Shown: positions 1 to 16,482, counted from the stretch's first letter. The stretch: DNA of 55,826 nucleotides from Macrostomum lignano (GCA_002269645.1 NIVC01004194.1:1-55826); one strand, 5' to 3'. Numbers and translations: made by a program. The notes: generated by a model from the sequence alone, not told the origin.

Positions 1-3000
1 TTAAACATGTTGATCCTCTGCCTGTTGAATGTGAGTAGCTCATCGGATAGCGCGCAGTCTTAGCCAAGTGTCTATGGCGCCGCAGCCTAGGCAGTGCAGA
101 AACACCAGGTTGCACAGGAATGTGTCCATGTACAGCCAGACTATGCAGAGCGTGTCCAACAGTGGTTTGTACTTTTCGCCTGCCAGTTTAATGGAGGGGG
201 GGGGGGTTTCGTGTTGGAGAGTCGTCAACTATCTTGGATTAGTCTCCTTAAGAATCCTCTGAGAAAGCATAAGATTGAACTCCCTATTATGAGATTTTAC
301 TGGTTACTTACGTAATAAGTTGCTTCTCCTAACTGTGCTTCCCCAGGGAAAGCCCTGAAAATTCGAGCACATGCTACACTTATCACTTGAGTATTATGAT
401 CTTATTATGGTTGTTAACTTCACCGCACCGCAAATCAATGGCTAGGCTAGTAAACTTAGACTAAATTAGATTTTGTAGCTCGCACTACCAGCATGATGAT
501 ACAAGATTCGGCAGCTAGGGCTATAGGCATGGAATTATTTTTAAGAAAATTTTTCTTCTTAACACGGCAACCTTCGCTATCGAATGCTGGCGTTGTTTTT
601 CTAGGATCCATAGTCTATTCGTGTTGCTTGTCGCTGCAACGGGGCCGCCCCTCCGATGGGTCGGTCGGGTTGGGTTGTAATTGCATCAAGAAAGAATGGC
701 CAAATCGCTTTATAGAGGATGCAGCTAGTCTGGTCTTCTTGCCATCGTTGAAAGAATTTGCCTTGGGGCTGCGTGGGAAGAAGTGGCGTCTAGAGAGGGA
801 GAGAGAGATTAAGGACGGTCGAAACAGTGATGGGCACTCCCGGGCTGGCGTCTCAGCTGGCTCGCCTTCCCAATGTTAATTCTTCGATCGGTTTTTTCTA
901 GCCGAGCTGCAGCAGCAGAGGTTTTGCGAAACTCTCATTATTTGCGCGAATCTTTTTAAAGAATCAGATTCAGCTTATATGTATCCGATTTCTTGCCTGT
1001 CAGATTGCGTTGAGGACTGCCACGCATTGCACTGCGTGCTATCGTATGCGTTACATCCTGTGGTTATTCTATCTTTTTGGGGGTGCAGTTTCATTTGGGG
1101 CTGACTGAAGGGATGGATAAGCAGGTTCAGGGACTGGAAAAGTAGAAAGGCAGATTCTATTGTTGGAGCGGAAGAGGCAGTGAAATTATACTTCCGAACT
1201 TCTTCTAGAGGACTTGTGGAAATTAGTTTGCCATTTTAACTAATTAAATCCCAATTACCATGTTGAGTCTACTAGTCATACCAGTCATATTTCATAAATT
1301 GGCACCTTAAAGCCAAGAAACAAACGTGATTTAAGACAAAAGCATCACTTTGAAACATGCGCAGGCAAGTAAAATAATTCACATGCTTGTCATCATGTAG
1401 CAGTAAATGTATCCTGTATTGAGGTAAAATTCATTTCACGCCTTTTCCGGAAGAAAGTGTAAAAGCGTGGCGTACAATTCGATACTATAGAAAGCTTCAA
1501 TAGCGCTTCTGGGCCTAATTAGATTCACTATCATACTAGTATTGCACAGATAGTTCAAGCTGCTGTGGGTTTTTGCAGCTAAGTTGGTAGCAAGCTCCGC
1601 TTGCGAGCCCTGGATTCTGGGACAGATTGAGAGTCGGTGCAGTATGATAGAAGCAAGTGATACAATCTCAAAAAAGACAGAACAAGAGAGGATTGGGGGA
1701 TAAAGAAAAGAGACACAAGCAGTTTGAGTTGATTGCAAACTCAATTTCCACACGGGATTATTAAATTGAGCTGCCGAGTTTGAGAGCCTCAGCTGAGCCA
1801 GCAGAATTTTTCGGCGCTTACTTGAGGTAAAGAGAATAACAAATAAGAGAAGAGCTCAGTTAGTTTGAAGTCTTCGTCTCTCGAGAGGCTTTTGGCGAAC
1901 ACGCACGGACCATCTGAGTCAATCAGGGCAGAACGGCACAGTTCCACTGTCCGCTTCATTTTTTCTTTGAATATAACTTTGCTAACTTCTGATTGAAATA
2001 ATTGAAAAAAGACTTCATAATTCGCCTTCAGATATCAAGTTTAGTGATTAAAAAATGTCCAGATACTCCGGTTAGGCATTTATGCCCTGAGTATCAGAGA
2101 TCCCTAGTCATTCGTCCCGACATGACCAGACAAGCTAGGCTAAGATCTTATTTTCAAGTTCATTCCCTCCCACAAACTGCTGTGTGATCTGCAATTTTCA
2201 AGCCTTTTTGAAAAAGATTCCTTAGCAACACTAATCAGCAACCGAAAGCAGCGATCTTAGCTCATCTGGAGAGAAGAGAGAAAGTGCAAGCAAGGGCAAA
2301 TTCGATCACCCTTCTCTCCCTCCCGCAAGCTACCCATCAATTTCAGTTTCGCATAATTGTCTAAATTATTGGGCTTTGCTACATGGCGGTCGAGAGAACT
2401 GGGCGAGAGAGTGGAGGCGAGTCAGACAGACAGAGATGCATGAAGTGATCGCTCTAGGAAGCGCATCGATTGAGACCAAGTAAATATCTTGCTGGCTAGC
2501 CTGGTAGAGAAGGTCTCTGGCATAGTTTCTCCTTAGCATCTCTTCTACGAGTAGGAGGTAGTAGGAGAATGGAACGACTGCAACATCAATGACTATCCAG
2601 AACCTTAGTACAAGCGGTTTTGATCTGATTGCTCGAGTGGATTGGTTGCTGCATGTCAGTAAGTGCAACAGATAATTGGGGCTCTTGTACCACATTCTTA
2701 TTAAACTGATTGGCTGCCGGTGCACTGCACAGTGAAGTGATACTGAAGTTTATTGAAGTGCGCTCCAAGCAAACGGTTGGGACGAAACTAGATTCAGTTA
2801 AAATTGTTCATGTTGTCTGGAGTTTGCTGTCTGCTTGATACTGACAGTGTGTGAAAGATGCCTAGCTAAGAAAAAGAGGTTCCGAGCTGGGGGATAGATT
2901 CCGAGCTGGGGGATGGATTCCGAGCTGAGGGATGGATTCCGAGCTGGGGGATGGATTCCGAGCTGGGGGATGGATTCCGAGCTGGGGATAGATTCCGAGC

Positions 3001-4174
3001 TGAGGGATGGATTCCGAGCTGGGGGATGGATTCCGAGCTGAGGGATGGATTCCGAGCTGGGGGATGGATTCCGAGCTGGGGGATGGATTCCGAGCTGAGG
3101 GATGGATTCCGAGCTGGGGATAGATTCCGAGCTGGGGATGGATTCCGAGCTGGGGGATGGATTCCGAGCTGGGGATAGATTCCGAGCTGGGGGATGGATT
3201 CCGAGCTGAGGGATGGATTCCGAGCTGGGATAGATTCCGAGCTGAGGGATGGATTCCGAGCTGGGGATGAATTCCGAGCTGGGGATGGATTCCGAGCTGG
3301 GGGATGGATTCCGAGCTGAGGGATGGATTCCGAGCTGGGGATAGATTCCGAGCTGGGGGATGGATTCCGAGCTGGGGATAGATTCCGAGCTGAGGGATGG
3401 ATTCCGAGCTGGGGATAGATTCCGAGCTGAGGGATGGATTCCGAGCTGAGGGATGGATTCCGAGCTGGGGATAGATTCCGAGCTGAGGGGTGGATTCCGA
3501 GCTGAGGGATGGATTCCGAGCTGGGGATGGATTCCGAGCTGGGGGATGGATTCCGAGCTGAGGGATGGATTCCGAGCTGGGGATAGATTCCGAGCTGGGG
3601 GATGGATTCCGAGCTGGGGATAGATTCCGAGCTGAGGGATGGATTCCGAGCTGGGGATAGATTCCGAGCTGAGGGATGGATTCCGAGCTGAGGGATAGAT
3701 TCCGAGCTGGGGGATAGATTCCGAGCTAGAAGGAGAGATCCCGACCTGGTAAGATAGGATAGAATAGAATAGATTTTTAATTCGACGAGAGGCTCCGATT
3801 CCTGTGAGCCCGAGACATTAATTTCAAATCAACTGAGCGATGCCAAGTTAAAACCAGAGAGTTCAAGTTGGAGGGCAAAGCTCAGTTCGGGAATAATGAG
3901 ATTAAGAGCGAAAAAGAATGAGAATGTGAAGTGAGACTGATGGTTCCGCTATATACCGTAATAATTTACCAACAATTTGAAACACAACGTCGGGCGGCAC
4001 GGCCACTAGGCACTGTAGCAGCATAGCTGCGCACACAGAATTTGTGTAATAGTAGGTAACCGCGCGCAGCGACTTTTCGCGCCGCAATCCAGTCAAGAGG
4101 AGGCTGTTTAACGCTAGCGCTGCCGTCAGTATAGTGGCGCCGGCTGCCAGGGTGGCGGTTGCTGGCAGTGGCAT
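1..4174 (-). CDS. Atypical class A (aminergic, 5-HT2-like) GPCR, 5' exons covering TM1-TM3/ICL2; apparent 2-bp frameshift; gene continues off the left edge
   Basis: Exon A 4174-3970 (ATG; MPLPATATLAAGATILTAALALNSLLLTGLRREKSLRAVTYYYTNSVCAAMLLQCLVAVPPDVVFQIV-G; donor GTAAAT, phase 1) splices in phase to exon B, which starts at 179 after a pyrimidine tract and CAG (GEKYKPLLDTLCIVWLYMDTFLCNLVFLHCLGCGAIDTWLRLR). The pattern matches TM1 N1.50, TM2 P2.59 and TM3 C3.25/W3.28/D3.32. Removing 2 nt from GCGCGC at 50-55 continues as RLRYPMSYSHSTGRGSTCL, like the ICL2 of invertebrate 5-HT2-type receptors. Family assigned from remembered motifs, no search run. Confidence 0.65.
2880..3728. repeat. Minisatellite, 19-20 bp unit TTCCGAGCTG(G/A)GG(G)AT(G/A)GA
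   Basis: Over 40 near-identical units visible; lies in the GPCR intron. Confidence 0.95.
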
Positions 4175-5726
4175 GGCTTGTGTCGGATACTTGATTTCAG
4201 CCGCTCTAGTACTGTGCAATGCTTCGGCTAGAGTGGATGCTTAGGCTGAACTATACGGTTTCAATGCTTGATGGATTAATCTTGTTGGTTGGTTCCGAGG
4301 CTGCGAGTTTTAAGTAGTCATCAATATTAACGCTTGGCATTGTAGCTGGCCTCTGATTGGACTAAGCCCAGTGTCTACTTTAACCAGTGCTCATGAGCTA
4401 TTGGCTGGTCTGTTGAAAACCAAATGATTTCGCCTCTGATAGATAGATTATAAATGTAGCGATTGCTTAAGAGCATCGGCAAAAGCTGAAGTAAGAGTGA
4501 GCATGATGTTCAAAAAAACACAAAAGTATCTCATTACTGATGCTATGGATCTGCAAAAAGTTCATGAAAAATACACTCGTATTATTAAGCTTAGCTTGAT
4601 GCTTGAAAATTCGTTCTTGCATTGAAATCCTATATTTTCCTTTTCCGAAGGCCGAGAAAAACTGATATTCCTTTTCTTTATAAACACGAGAGACTGCGGT
4701 ATCGAATGAATTGTAGAATGCCTTTTCAGTTCATGGAACTGTCTTCCTCCAGTTGGCTTGCTGCTTTCAACTAAAAAACACTAGTGACTAAGAGGACGTA
4801 CGTGTCGCGGCGCGTGACCCGCGTGATGCGTGTACAGGTACAAGGCGTATCCGCGGATGAAAATAGGATTTCTTAAAAGATGAAGGATGCTGGCATGGTG
4901 AAAGACCGGCATAGATTGATCTGGCAGTGACACTTCTAAAGAAACTAATGACCGTAAGGCTTTCGCTTTCGGTGGGAGAAAGCAACAAACAACCGCACAC
5001 GGTTTGGCCTTGTGTCGTCAAAATCTTAGTAGGAATTATAAAAGAAATTTGCCTCTTCCTTACCCTCTCTTGTTGTTTCTTTCTTTCCTTCTTCCCCGAT
5101 TCCCGCTTGAGGGGGATTCCACGTGTTTTTTCTGTAGGTAGTGAGAGTGGCGATCCGATAGGGATCTGTTGCATTGCCGATGAATTTGTTATTGGCGCAC
5201 TTTCTCCCACTCTCACTCTCTCTCTTTAAATAAAGTGGACTAGACTGCATAATGACTCTGGTTCTACTACAGGCTCTGTGGTATAAGGCTCCGCAGGCTG
5301 GCATGCCCAGGTATATATGCATAAATATTCTTTCTAATCCAGCAGCCCTATCCATGTAAGAAATTAATCAAGCGGCAAAGATTGCATATTCCGAGAGCCT
5401 CTGCGTGCACATCTTTGGCGTGCTAGTGAGATTTTAAAAAGCTTGCAAATTCAACACATAAGTGCGTGTAGTCTTGCACTTTTGCTTGATCTGTGGCCTA
5501 TTTCGAGTCTCGACTTTCTCCGGTAAAATACTCGTACCAAAGCTTAATTTAAATTTTCTGTAATAAACTAATTTTTTGTTAAAAAGTAAATGCAGATTTC
5601 ACATCCCGAAATAGCATTTCTCAGACCTTCCCAGAGTAGTTCGGTCACTTGCTAATACCTGGTACATAATCTGTCAATGCTATACACAATTCAGGAAAAT
5701 AAAAATTGTTTTACTATGGCCTATGC

Positions 5727-5886
5727 CAGGGCGTAGCCTGAGTGGGGGCAAGGGGGCCATGGCCCCCCACAATTATGGCGTCCCTTTGGTGCTTAAGCCC
5801 CCTGGTGCTAAAGCCACTTTGTTGCTAAAGCCCTTCGCTATCGCCCCGCGCTGGCACCCCCGGGAAAAGTCTTGGCTACACCCCTG
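5727..5886. mobile_element. Short MITE-like element (~160 bp)
   Basis: Terminal inverted repeats CAGGGCGTAGCC (5727-5738) and GGCTACACCCCTG (5874-5886) enclose a GC-rich core in AT-rich context. No TSD recognised. Confidence 0.5.
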
Positions 5887-6062
5887 CCTATACCGATATG
5901 TAGCCTACAGATGGATGCTGAAGACAAAATGGTTACTGCCCTGCACTTGCTGCATGTTCTTCCAAAATGGTGCTCCTGATCAGTCCTCCCAATTTATTAA
6001 TTCTGAGCTAGCTCACTGCCAGATTGTAAAAAGGATCATTTCTAGCGTCAAACTCCCTATGA

Positions 6063-7547
<1,485 letters not shown>

Positions 7548-7887
7548 AAGTTTTTGAGTTTTACAATAAATGGATATCTGGCTAATTTATAATCTGCAAA
7601 GAACAGCGCCCTTATCAAACAGTTTTTTGTCCAATTTTCCAGACTATGACATTGTTTAATAGTTCTCAAGAGTTTATATCTAGTGCTGGCTACAGTGCAG
7701 CGCTATCTACTATGTTATATTGTGTGTACTATTGTATGTATCTTTGAAATCCCCAAGATAGGGAAAACAAACGTATCTGTTTTCCTGTTGAATAGTAAAA
7801 CTATAAATGAAAGTTTTTATCTGTTCTCCTTTCAACTTTTTGTTTTGTTGATTTTAATTTTTTGCTTTTATTTAGTTTTCATCTTGA

Positions 7888-8245
7888 GGCAGGGAGAGGT
7901 GGGGGAAGGAAGGCAGGGAGAGGCGGGGGAAGGAAGGCAGGGAGAGGTGGGAGAAGAAAGGCAGGGAGAGGTGGGGATGGCAGGGAGGGAGAGGCGGGGA
8001 AGGAAGGCAGGGAGAGGTGGGATGGCAGGGAGGGAGAGGCGGGGGAAGGAAGGCAGGGAGAGGCGGGAGAAGGAAGGCAGGGAGAGGCGGGAGAAGGAAG
8101 GCAGGGAGAGGCGGGAAAAGGAAGGCAGGGAGAGGCGGGAGAAGGAAGGCAGGGAGAGGCGGGGGAAGGAAGGCAGGGAGAGGTGGGAGAAGGAAGGCAG
8201 GGAGAGGCGGGGGAAGGAAGGCAGGGAGAGGAGGCGGAAGGCGGG
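7888..8245. repeat. Purine-rich minisatellite (GGAAGGAAGGCAGGGAGAGGCGG-type units)
   Basis: Visible tandem units between the ABHD16A stop and the RAB21 start. Confidence 0.9.
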
Positions 8246-8388
8246 GGTAGGCAGTGAGAGGCGGGGGCTCTATCTCTCTCGCTCAAAAGTAAAGGTTAGA
8301 AACGCTAGCAGGCGCAGGTCTATAGAGTCAGTGCAGCGGTGCCCCAGCTCTCCCCCGCTGACCTGCTGCGATCGGTCACCAGTCAGGC

Positions 8389-8969
8389 ATGTCTATAGGC
8401 GCCGACACGGCCAGCTTCAAGTTGGTGCTACTCGGCGAGGGCTGCGTTGGCAAAACTTCTCTGGTACTGCGCTACGCGAGGGCAAGTTCAGCGGCAAGCA
8501 CGTGACGACTCTGCAGGCTTCGTTTCTGACCAAGCGGCTGAATTTGGGCGGCACCAGGGTGACGCTGAACATCTGGGACACGGCCGGTCAGGAGCGCTTC
8601 CACGCGCTGGGCCCCATCTACTACAGGGACAGCCAAGGCGCTCTGCTGGTGTATGACGTCAGCGATGAGTCTTCGTTTCACAAGGTTTAAGATGGCTTGG
8701 TAGCGCACTGCTCTACTGCTTTGAGTAGCAATGCTGGGTTTTTGTGTTTATGATGGATCTACTAATGTTTCACTGTTTTTGTTTAGCAAATTTTTAATGC
8801 CAATTTTTTTTTCTAAAACGCGTTTAGTAATGAGTTTATTAGCTAGTCTATTAATTCAGTTAATTAGCTCGTTAGTTAGTTGGCCAGTTAGTTAGTTAGC
8901 TAGCTAGTTAGTTAGCTAGTTAGTTAGCTAGTTAGTTAGTTAGTTAGCTAGCTAGCTAGTTAGTGAGCC

Positions 8970-9054
<85 letters not shown>

Positions 9055-9753
9055 CAGTACTTAGTTAGTTAGTTAGCCAGTTAGTTAGTTAAATAGTTGG
9101 TTAGTTTGTTGGTTAGTTAGTTAGTTAGTTAATTAGTTAGTTAGCTAACTAGCTAGTTAGTGAGCCAGTTAGATGATAATAATGATGAGCGAATGAAAAA
9201 AATTCGCGAAGTAAAAAGTTATGCTCACTATAGTCTACTGTTGCGGCAAGGGATTTAAGTAGGCAAGGAACGAGTTTGAATGCCGTTTTGTAGGAAACCA
9301 CTAGTGGTTCTTTTCAACGTAAATTTCCAAATTTTAAGAAAAATTCGGAAATTCCCTAAGAATACTACTAGTACTACTACTGCTACTATTTCTACTTTTA
9401 TTCTTGTTCAGGTGTGCAGCTGGGTGAAGGAGCTTCGCAAAATCTGCGGCGACCAGGTGTGCCTGTGCATCGTCGGCAACAAGATCGACCTCGCCGAACG
9501 GGAGCGCCGGGTGTCGCCAGACGAAGTCGCCGCATTCGCTGAATCGGTCGGGGCCGCGCACTGCCTGACCTCGGCGAAGCTGAACTGCGGCGTAGAAGAG
9601 GCCTTCCTGGGTGTGGCGCGGCGCATGCTGGAGCGACACCAGCAGACTGCTGCGGCCGCGCCTCCGGCTGCCGATAGCGCCAGAACTTCGGGCATCGTGC
9701 TGGATGATGATCCGGCTGGCAGCGGCGGTGGACAGTCCAAGGCCTGCTGCTAG
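8389..9753 (+). CDS. RAB21: Rab21 small GTPase, 2 exons, with a 1-bp deletion frameshift after codon 29
   Basis: Exon 1 8389-8684: [29 protein letters not shown], then (after restoring one base at 8475/8476) [70 protein letters not shown]. Exon 2 9412-9753: [27 protein letters not shown]...TSAK...[19 protein letters not shown] and [11 protein letters not shown] are Rab21-diagnostic; C-terminal CC prenylation motif present. Confidence 0.93.
8870..9170. repeat. (GTTA)n microsatellite in the RAB21 intron
   Basis: Direct reading. Confidence 0.95.
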
Positions 9754-9781
9754 CAGCGCCACAGTGTATGTGCCCGTCCGC

Positions 9782-11150
<1,369 letters not shown>

Positions 11151-11789
11151 TTGTGACTTACTGTTTTATTGTCCCACAGACTTCTATCTGTCCGCGTGTC
11201 CATATGGGCCGGATGTATCTGTGCCTCTCTTCAATCTGCCATTCCCCCCAGCGCGCTGCCCTCTCTCTAATTGCAAGCCTGCCTTAAACTCTTAATCCAG
11301 AGCTCCCTCAGCATGCAAGCAGGTGAAACTCTGTCAGCTGTCCTGAGATCCTCACCGGGCCATTAATCACGCACACCTGTGCCCAATGTACACACCGAAC
11401 TGCTCTGTCGTGGCGCCGGACGAACAGCTTAACCGGAACCCCTGCATCTCTCTAGTGCCCCGTTGTGTTGCGCAATCTGCTTGCCCCACAAAATCTTTAA
11501 TCGAGCATGACAATTAAATTTGCGCTTTTACATTCTCGCTCATGTTAATAGTCCATTTGCCTTTTCAATTTCAACTGCGTTTTGATTGACAGACCAATAT
11601 TGGACTTGGCTGTCTGCGCCGTCTGTAATATCTCAAGTCGCCTCATTTCCTCTCCTGCAGTTTCACCGTTTTTCTCATTTCCATCTACTTTTTTGGCTCT
11701 TGATATATTGACTTATTTTCATGCAGATTAGCATTGATATTACTTTTGCTCTGTTGGCATCATTTTCGACTTGCACCTAAGGTAAGCTT

Positions 11790-12360
11790 TGCCTATCTAA
11801 CTGACTACATCTCCCGTCTCCCTACATCTCCCCTGTCTCCCTACATCTCCCCTGTCTCCCTACATCTCCCTGTCTCCCTACATCTCCCTGTCTCCCTACA
11901 TCTCCCTGTCTCCCTACATCCCTTCATCTCCCTACATCTCCCCTGTCTCCCTACATCTCCCCTGTCTCCCTACATCTCCCTGTCTCCCTACATCTCTTCA
12001 TCTCCCTACATCTCCCATCTCCCTACATCTCCCCTGTCTCCCTACATCTCCCTGTCTCCCTACATCTCCCTGTCTCCCTACATCTCCCTGTCTCCCTACA
12101 TCTCCCTGTCTCCCTACATCTCCCATCTCCCTACATCCCTTCATCTCCCTACATCTCCCATCTCCCTACATCCCTTCATCTCCCTACATCCCCATCTCCC
12201 TACATCCCTTCATCTCCCTACATCCCCATCTCCCTACATCCCCATCTCCGTACAACCCCTATCTCCCTACATCCCCCATTTCCCTACATATTCCTTGTCT
12301 CTGTACATTTCCCTGTCTCCTTAAATCTCACTTTCTCCCTACATCCCCCCGTCTCCCTTT
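11790..12360. repeat. C/T-rich minisatellite (CCCTACATCTCCCTGTCT-type)
   Basis: Direct reading. Confidence 0.9.
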
Positions 12361-12768
12361 CATCACCCCATCTCCTTGCACCCGCCCTTTCTTTCAATTA
12401 CAAAGGCGGAATCAAATTTTTGCTCTGATGTTGGGCAATGCAGTCGCACCTCCATGCTGTTTTGCTGTTAATTAATGCTCGTGAATCATCTAATATTCAG
12501 CTGTAATCAAAGAGATTCTGTAATAACTGAAACAAAAATATAACTGAACTATACTATATATTGAGACGCTTACAGACTAACAATGATGCAATTCTGTGTG
12601 CGCAACTGCCGCCGACTTCATAAAGTCTTCGATTCTTCTGAATATTCAATATGGAATGTGCGGCAAAACAACACAGTGTACTGAATGGTCGGCAATCTTT
12701 TAAAGTATTGGCATACTGATTAATTGGTGCCAGCCAATCAATTGGCATCGATTGATTGGCTGGTTTAT

Positions 12769-12771
12769 TGG

Positions 12772-12808
<37 letters not shown>

Positions 12809-12882
12809 AGACAGGTAGATAGGTAGATAGATAGATAGATAGACAAACACACAGACAGACAGACACACAGACAGACAGACTA

Positions 12883-12917
<35 letters not shown>

Positions 12918-12982
12918 AACAAACAGACAGACAGACAGGCAGACAGACAAACAGATAGACAGACAAACAGACAGACAGACTA

Positions 12983-13033
<51 letters not shown>

Positions 13034-13034
13034 C

Positions 13035-13072
<38 letters not shown>

Positions 13073-13074
13073 TA

Positions 13075-13109
<35 letters not shown>

Positions 13110-13142
13110 AACAAACAGACAGACAAACAGATAGACAGACAA

Positions 13143-13185
<43 letters not shown>

Positions 13186-13186
13186 C

Positions 13187-13228
<42 letters not shown>

Positions 13229-13230
13229 TA

Positions 13231-13265
<35 letters not shown>

Positions 13266-13350
13266 AACAAACAGACAGACAAACAGATAGACAGACAAAC
13301 AGACAGACAGACAAACAGATAGACAGACAAACAGACAGACAGACAAACAG
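12769..13350. repeat. Compound microsatellite (GATT)n-(GATA)n-(GACA)n
   Basis: Direct reading. Confidence 0.95.
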
Positions 13351-13711
13351 ATTACATATGCATGTGCAATACGCGATCGCCAGTTCATCTCTGAATTGCT
13401 ACAATCAGCAGGCATTCCTGTGTGCTGCTTTCTTGTATAGTCTTCGCCTCCCAGCCACTCAAAGGCCATAATAGCAGAATCAATGGCTGTTTAGGGTCTT
13501 CGATCTCCAATAAAAATGCTTTCCGGCCGTGCTGCATCTGCGGCACAAATCGAGCGCGTCAGCCGTGCACTTTTGTGGCCTTTACGGCTAAGCAAATAAA
13601 ATTCCATGATCTAATTTCATCCGCAAAAAATAAGGGCATTGTAATGCAATATACGATCGTATGCACACTACCAAATATCCCCCTCTCGCTCCCTACTCCT
13701 TGTCTTTAAAT

Positions 13712-14690
13712 CCCTTCCCCATCTGCTGTCTCCCCTTCCCCAGCCGCTGTCTCCCCTTCCCCAGCTGCCCTTCCCCAGCCGCTGTCTCCCCTTCCCCAGC
13801 CGCTGTCTCCCCTTCCCCATCCGCTGTCTCCCCTTCCCCATCCGCTGTCTCCCCTTCCCCAGCCGCTGTCTCCCCTTCCCCAGCTGCCCTTCCCCAGCCG
13901 CTGTCTCCCCTTCCCCAGCCGCTGTCTCCCCTTCCCCATCCGCTGTCTCCCCTTCCCCATCCGCTGTCTCCCCTTCCCCAGCCGCTGTCTCCCGTTCCCC
14001 ATCCGCTGTCTCCCCTTCCCCAGCCGCTGTCTCCCCTTCCCCATCCGCTGTCTCCCCTTCCCCAGCCGCTGTCTCCCGTTCCCCATCCGCTGTCTCCCCT
14101 TCCCCATCCGCTGTCTTCCCTTCCCCATCCGCTGTCTCCCCTCCCCCATCTGCTGTCTCCCCTTTCCCATCTGCTGTCTCCCCTTCCCCATCTGCTGTCT
14201 CCCCTTCCCCATCCGCTGTCTCCCCTTCCCCATCCGCTGTCTTCCCTTCCCCATCCGCTGTCTCCCCTTCCCCATCTGCTGTCTCCCCTTTCCCATCTGC
14301 TGTCTCCCCTTCCCCATCTGCTGTCTCCCCTTTCCCATCTGCTGTCTTCCCTTCCCCATCCGCTGTCTCCCCTTCCCCATCTGCTGTCTCCCCTTTTCCC
14401 ATCTGCTGTCTCCCCTTCCCCATCTGCTGTCTCCCCTTTCCCATCTGCTGTCTCCCCTTCCCCATCTGCTGTCTCCCCTTCCCCATCCGCTGTCTTCCCT
14501 TCCCCATCCGCTGTCTCCCCTTCCCCTGCCGCTGTCTCCCCTTTCCCATCTGCTGTCTCCCCTTCCCCATCTGTTGTCTCCCCTTCCCCATCTGCTGTCT
14601 CCCTTTCCCCATCCGCTGTCTTCCCTTCCCCATCCGCTGTCTCCCCTTCCCCTTCCCCAGCCGCTGTCTTCCCTTCCCCATCCGCTGTAT
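13712..14690. repeat. 21-bp minisatellite (CCCTTCCCCATCCGCTGTCTC)
   Basis: About 45 units visible. Confidence 0.95.
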
Positions 14691-15815
14691 CTCCTATTTA
14701 TTTTGTAGCAAAGCAAGCCTAAGGAAGCACATTAACAACAGTACCATAATAATGATCCATTACTCGTAAAGGCTATAGCAATGACCCATACGAATATTGC
14801 GGGCTATATGCATTATAACAAACATAGCAGCATAAAGCAAATGAGAACCGCGTCACACAACAGCATATATAGTTTAGAAATCACTGTTGGCTCTGCAGTT
14901 GAGCTGCGAACAAGTTTTTGAGCTAGGAAAGCTGGGTAGGTCAGAGTTGAGGGCTCTGCCAGTCTCTAATTGTCCGGTTAAATTTAGACAGATTGCTGCA
15001 GCTGCAGCGGCAGAGGGCCAGAGATGATGACGAGGAGGCTTTAACGGTGCCGAAAGTGCTCGGACAGGTAAGGAGGGGTTGGGGCTCCATCTTTTAGCTA
15101 GAAATAGATGCACCAAGACCTTCTAAGCAAACACTTTTAGAATTCGTTTTTTTCACCGAGGCCGCTTACTATTGAGCCGGTGGGTGGGTTTGAGTAAGTT
15201 TTTTTCTCCTGAAAAGAGGCTGGGCGCACCGATTGGTGCATTTTCTTAAAACGCACGCGCGGCCAGTTGTTGTCACCATAGGCGACATTGTCTGTTGCCC
15301 TACTTAACCCCCTCCCTATCTGCTGCCTGTCTGTCCTTCTCCTGTTCATTTTTAAGGCGAAGTGCGCGATCTTGTTCAGGGGACGGGCAGCGCAGGAGCC
15401 CAGCACCGACTTTGCAGGTAAGCGCTGCCTCTTGCTGTGTATTCTCGATAGATCGCTTCCTTTGTCAGGCAGGATTGCTTCAAGTGGGAGCAGGGCGTTT
15501 CGGGACCTGCCCGTGGTCACGTTCGAAGTTTTAAGTTTTTTTGCAAACTAGCGCAGCTGCTCCCAACCCCCCGGACAGCTGGCTGCTCCCCTTAAGCAAA
15601 CAGCATTCGTTCCCTTTTTATGTTTCAAATCAAGTTCGAGTTTCTCGAGGGAGGGGGCGAGCTTCCCGGCTTTGCTAGCTCAGCTGCGCGGAGGCAGCTG
15701 ATTGAAGAGTTAATAGTGATGCGGCTGCAGCAGGGACTCGATTATGAGTCTGTCTTTTAACGGCGTTCGAGGCAAAGAAACAGACATGCATGCAGATAAC
15801 TCAGCAGATGTAGTG

Positions 15816-16482
<667 letters not shown>

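Noticed and set aside
500-2800. Possible degraded CR1/L2-type LINE on the minus strand (e.g. KTRLAASSIKRFGHSFL near 690-760)
   Set aside because: Only faint C-terminal resemblance; no RT core motif could be read. Needs RepeatMasker or tBLASTn.
7683-8690. 335-aa ORF as an N-terminally extended Rab
   Set aside because: The upstream part is intergenic repeat. The true Rab21 start is ATG 8389 in another frame, joined by a frameshift.
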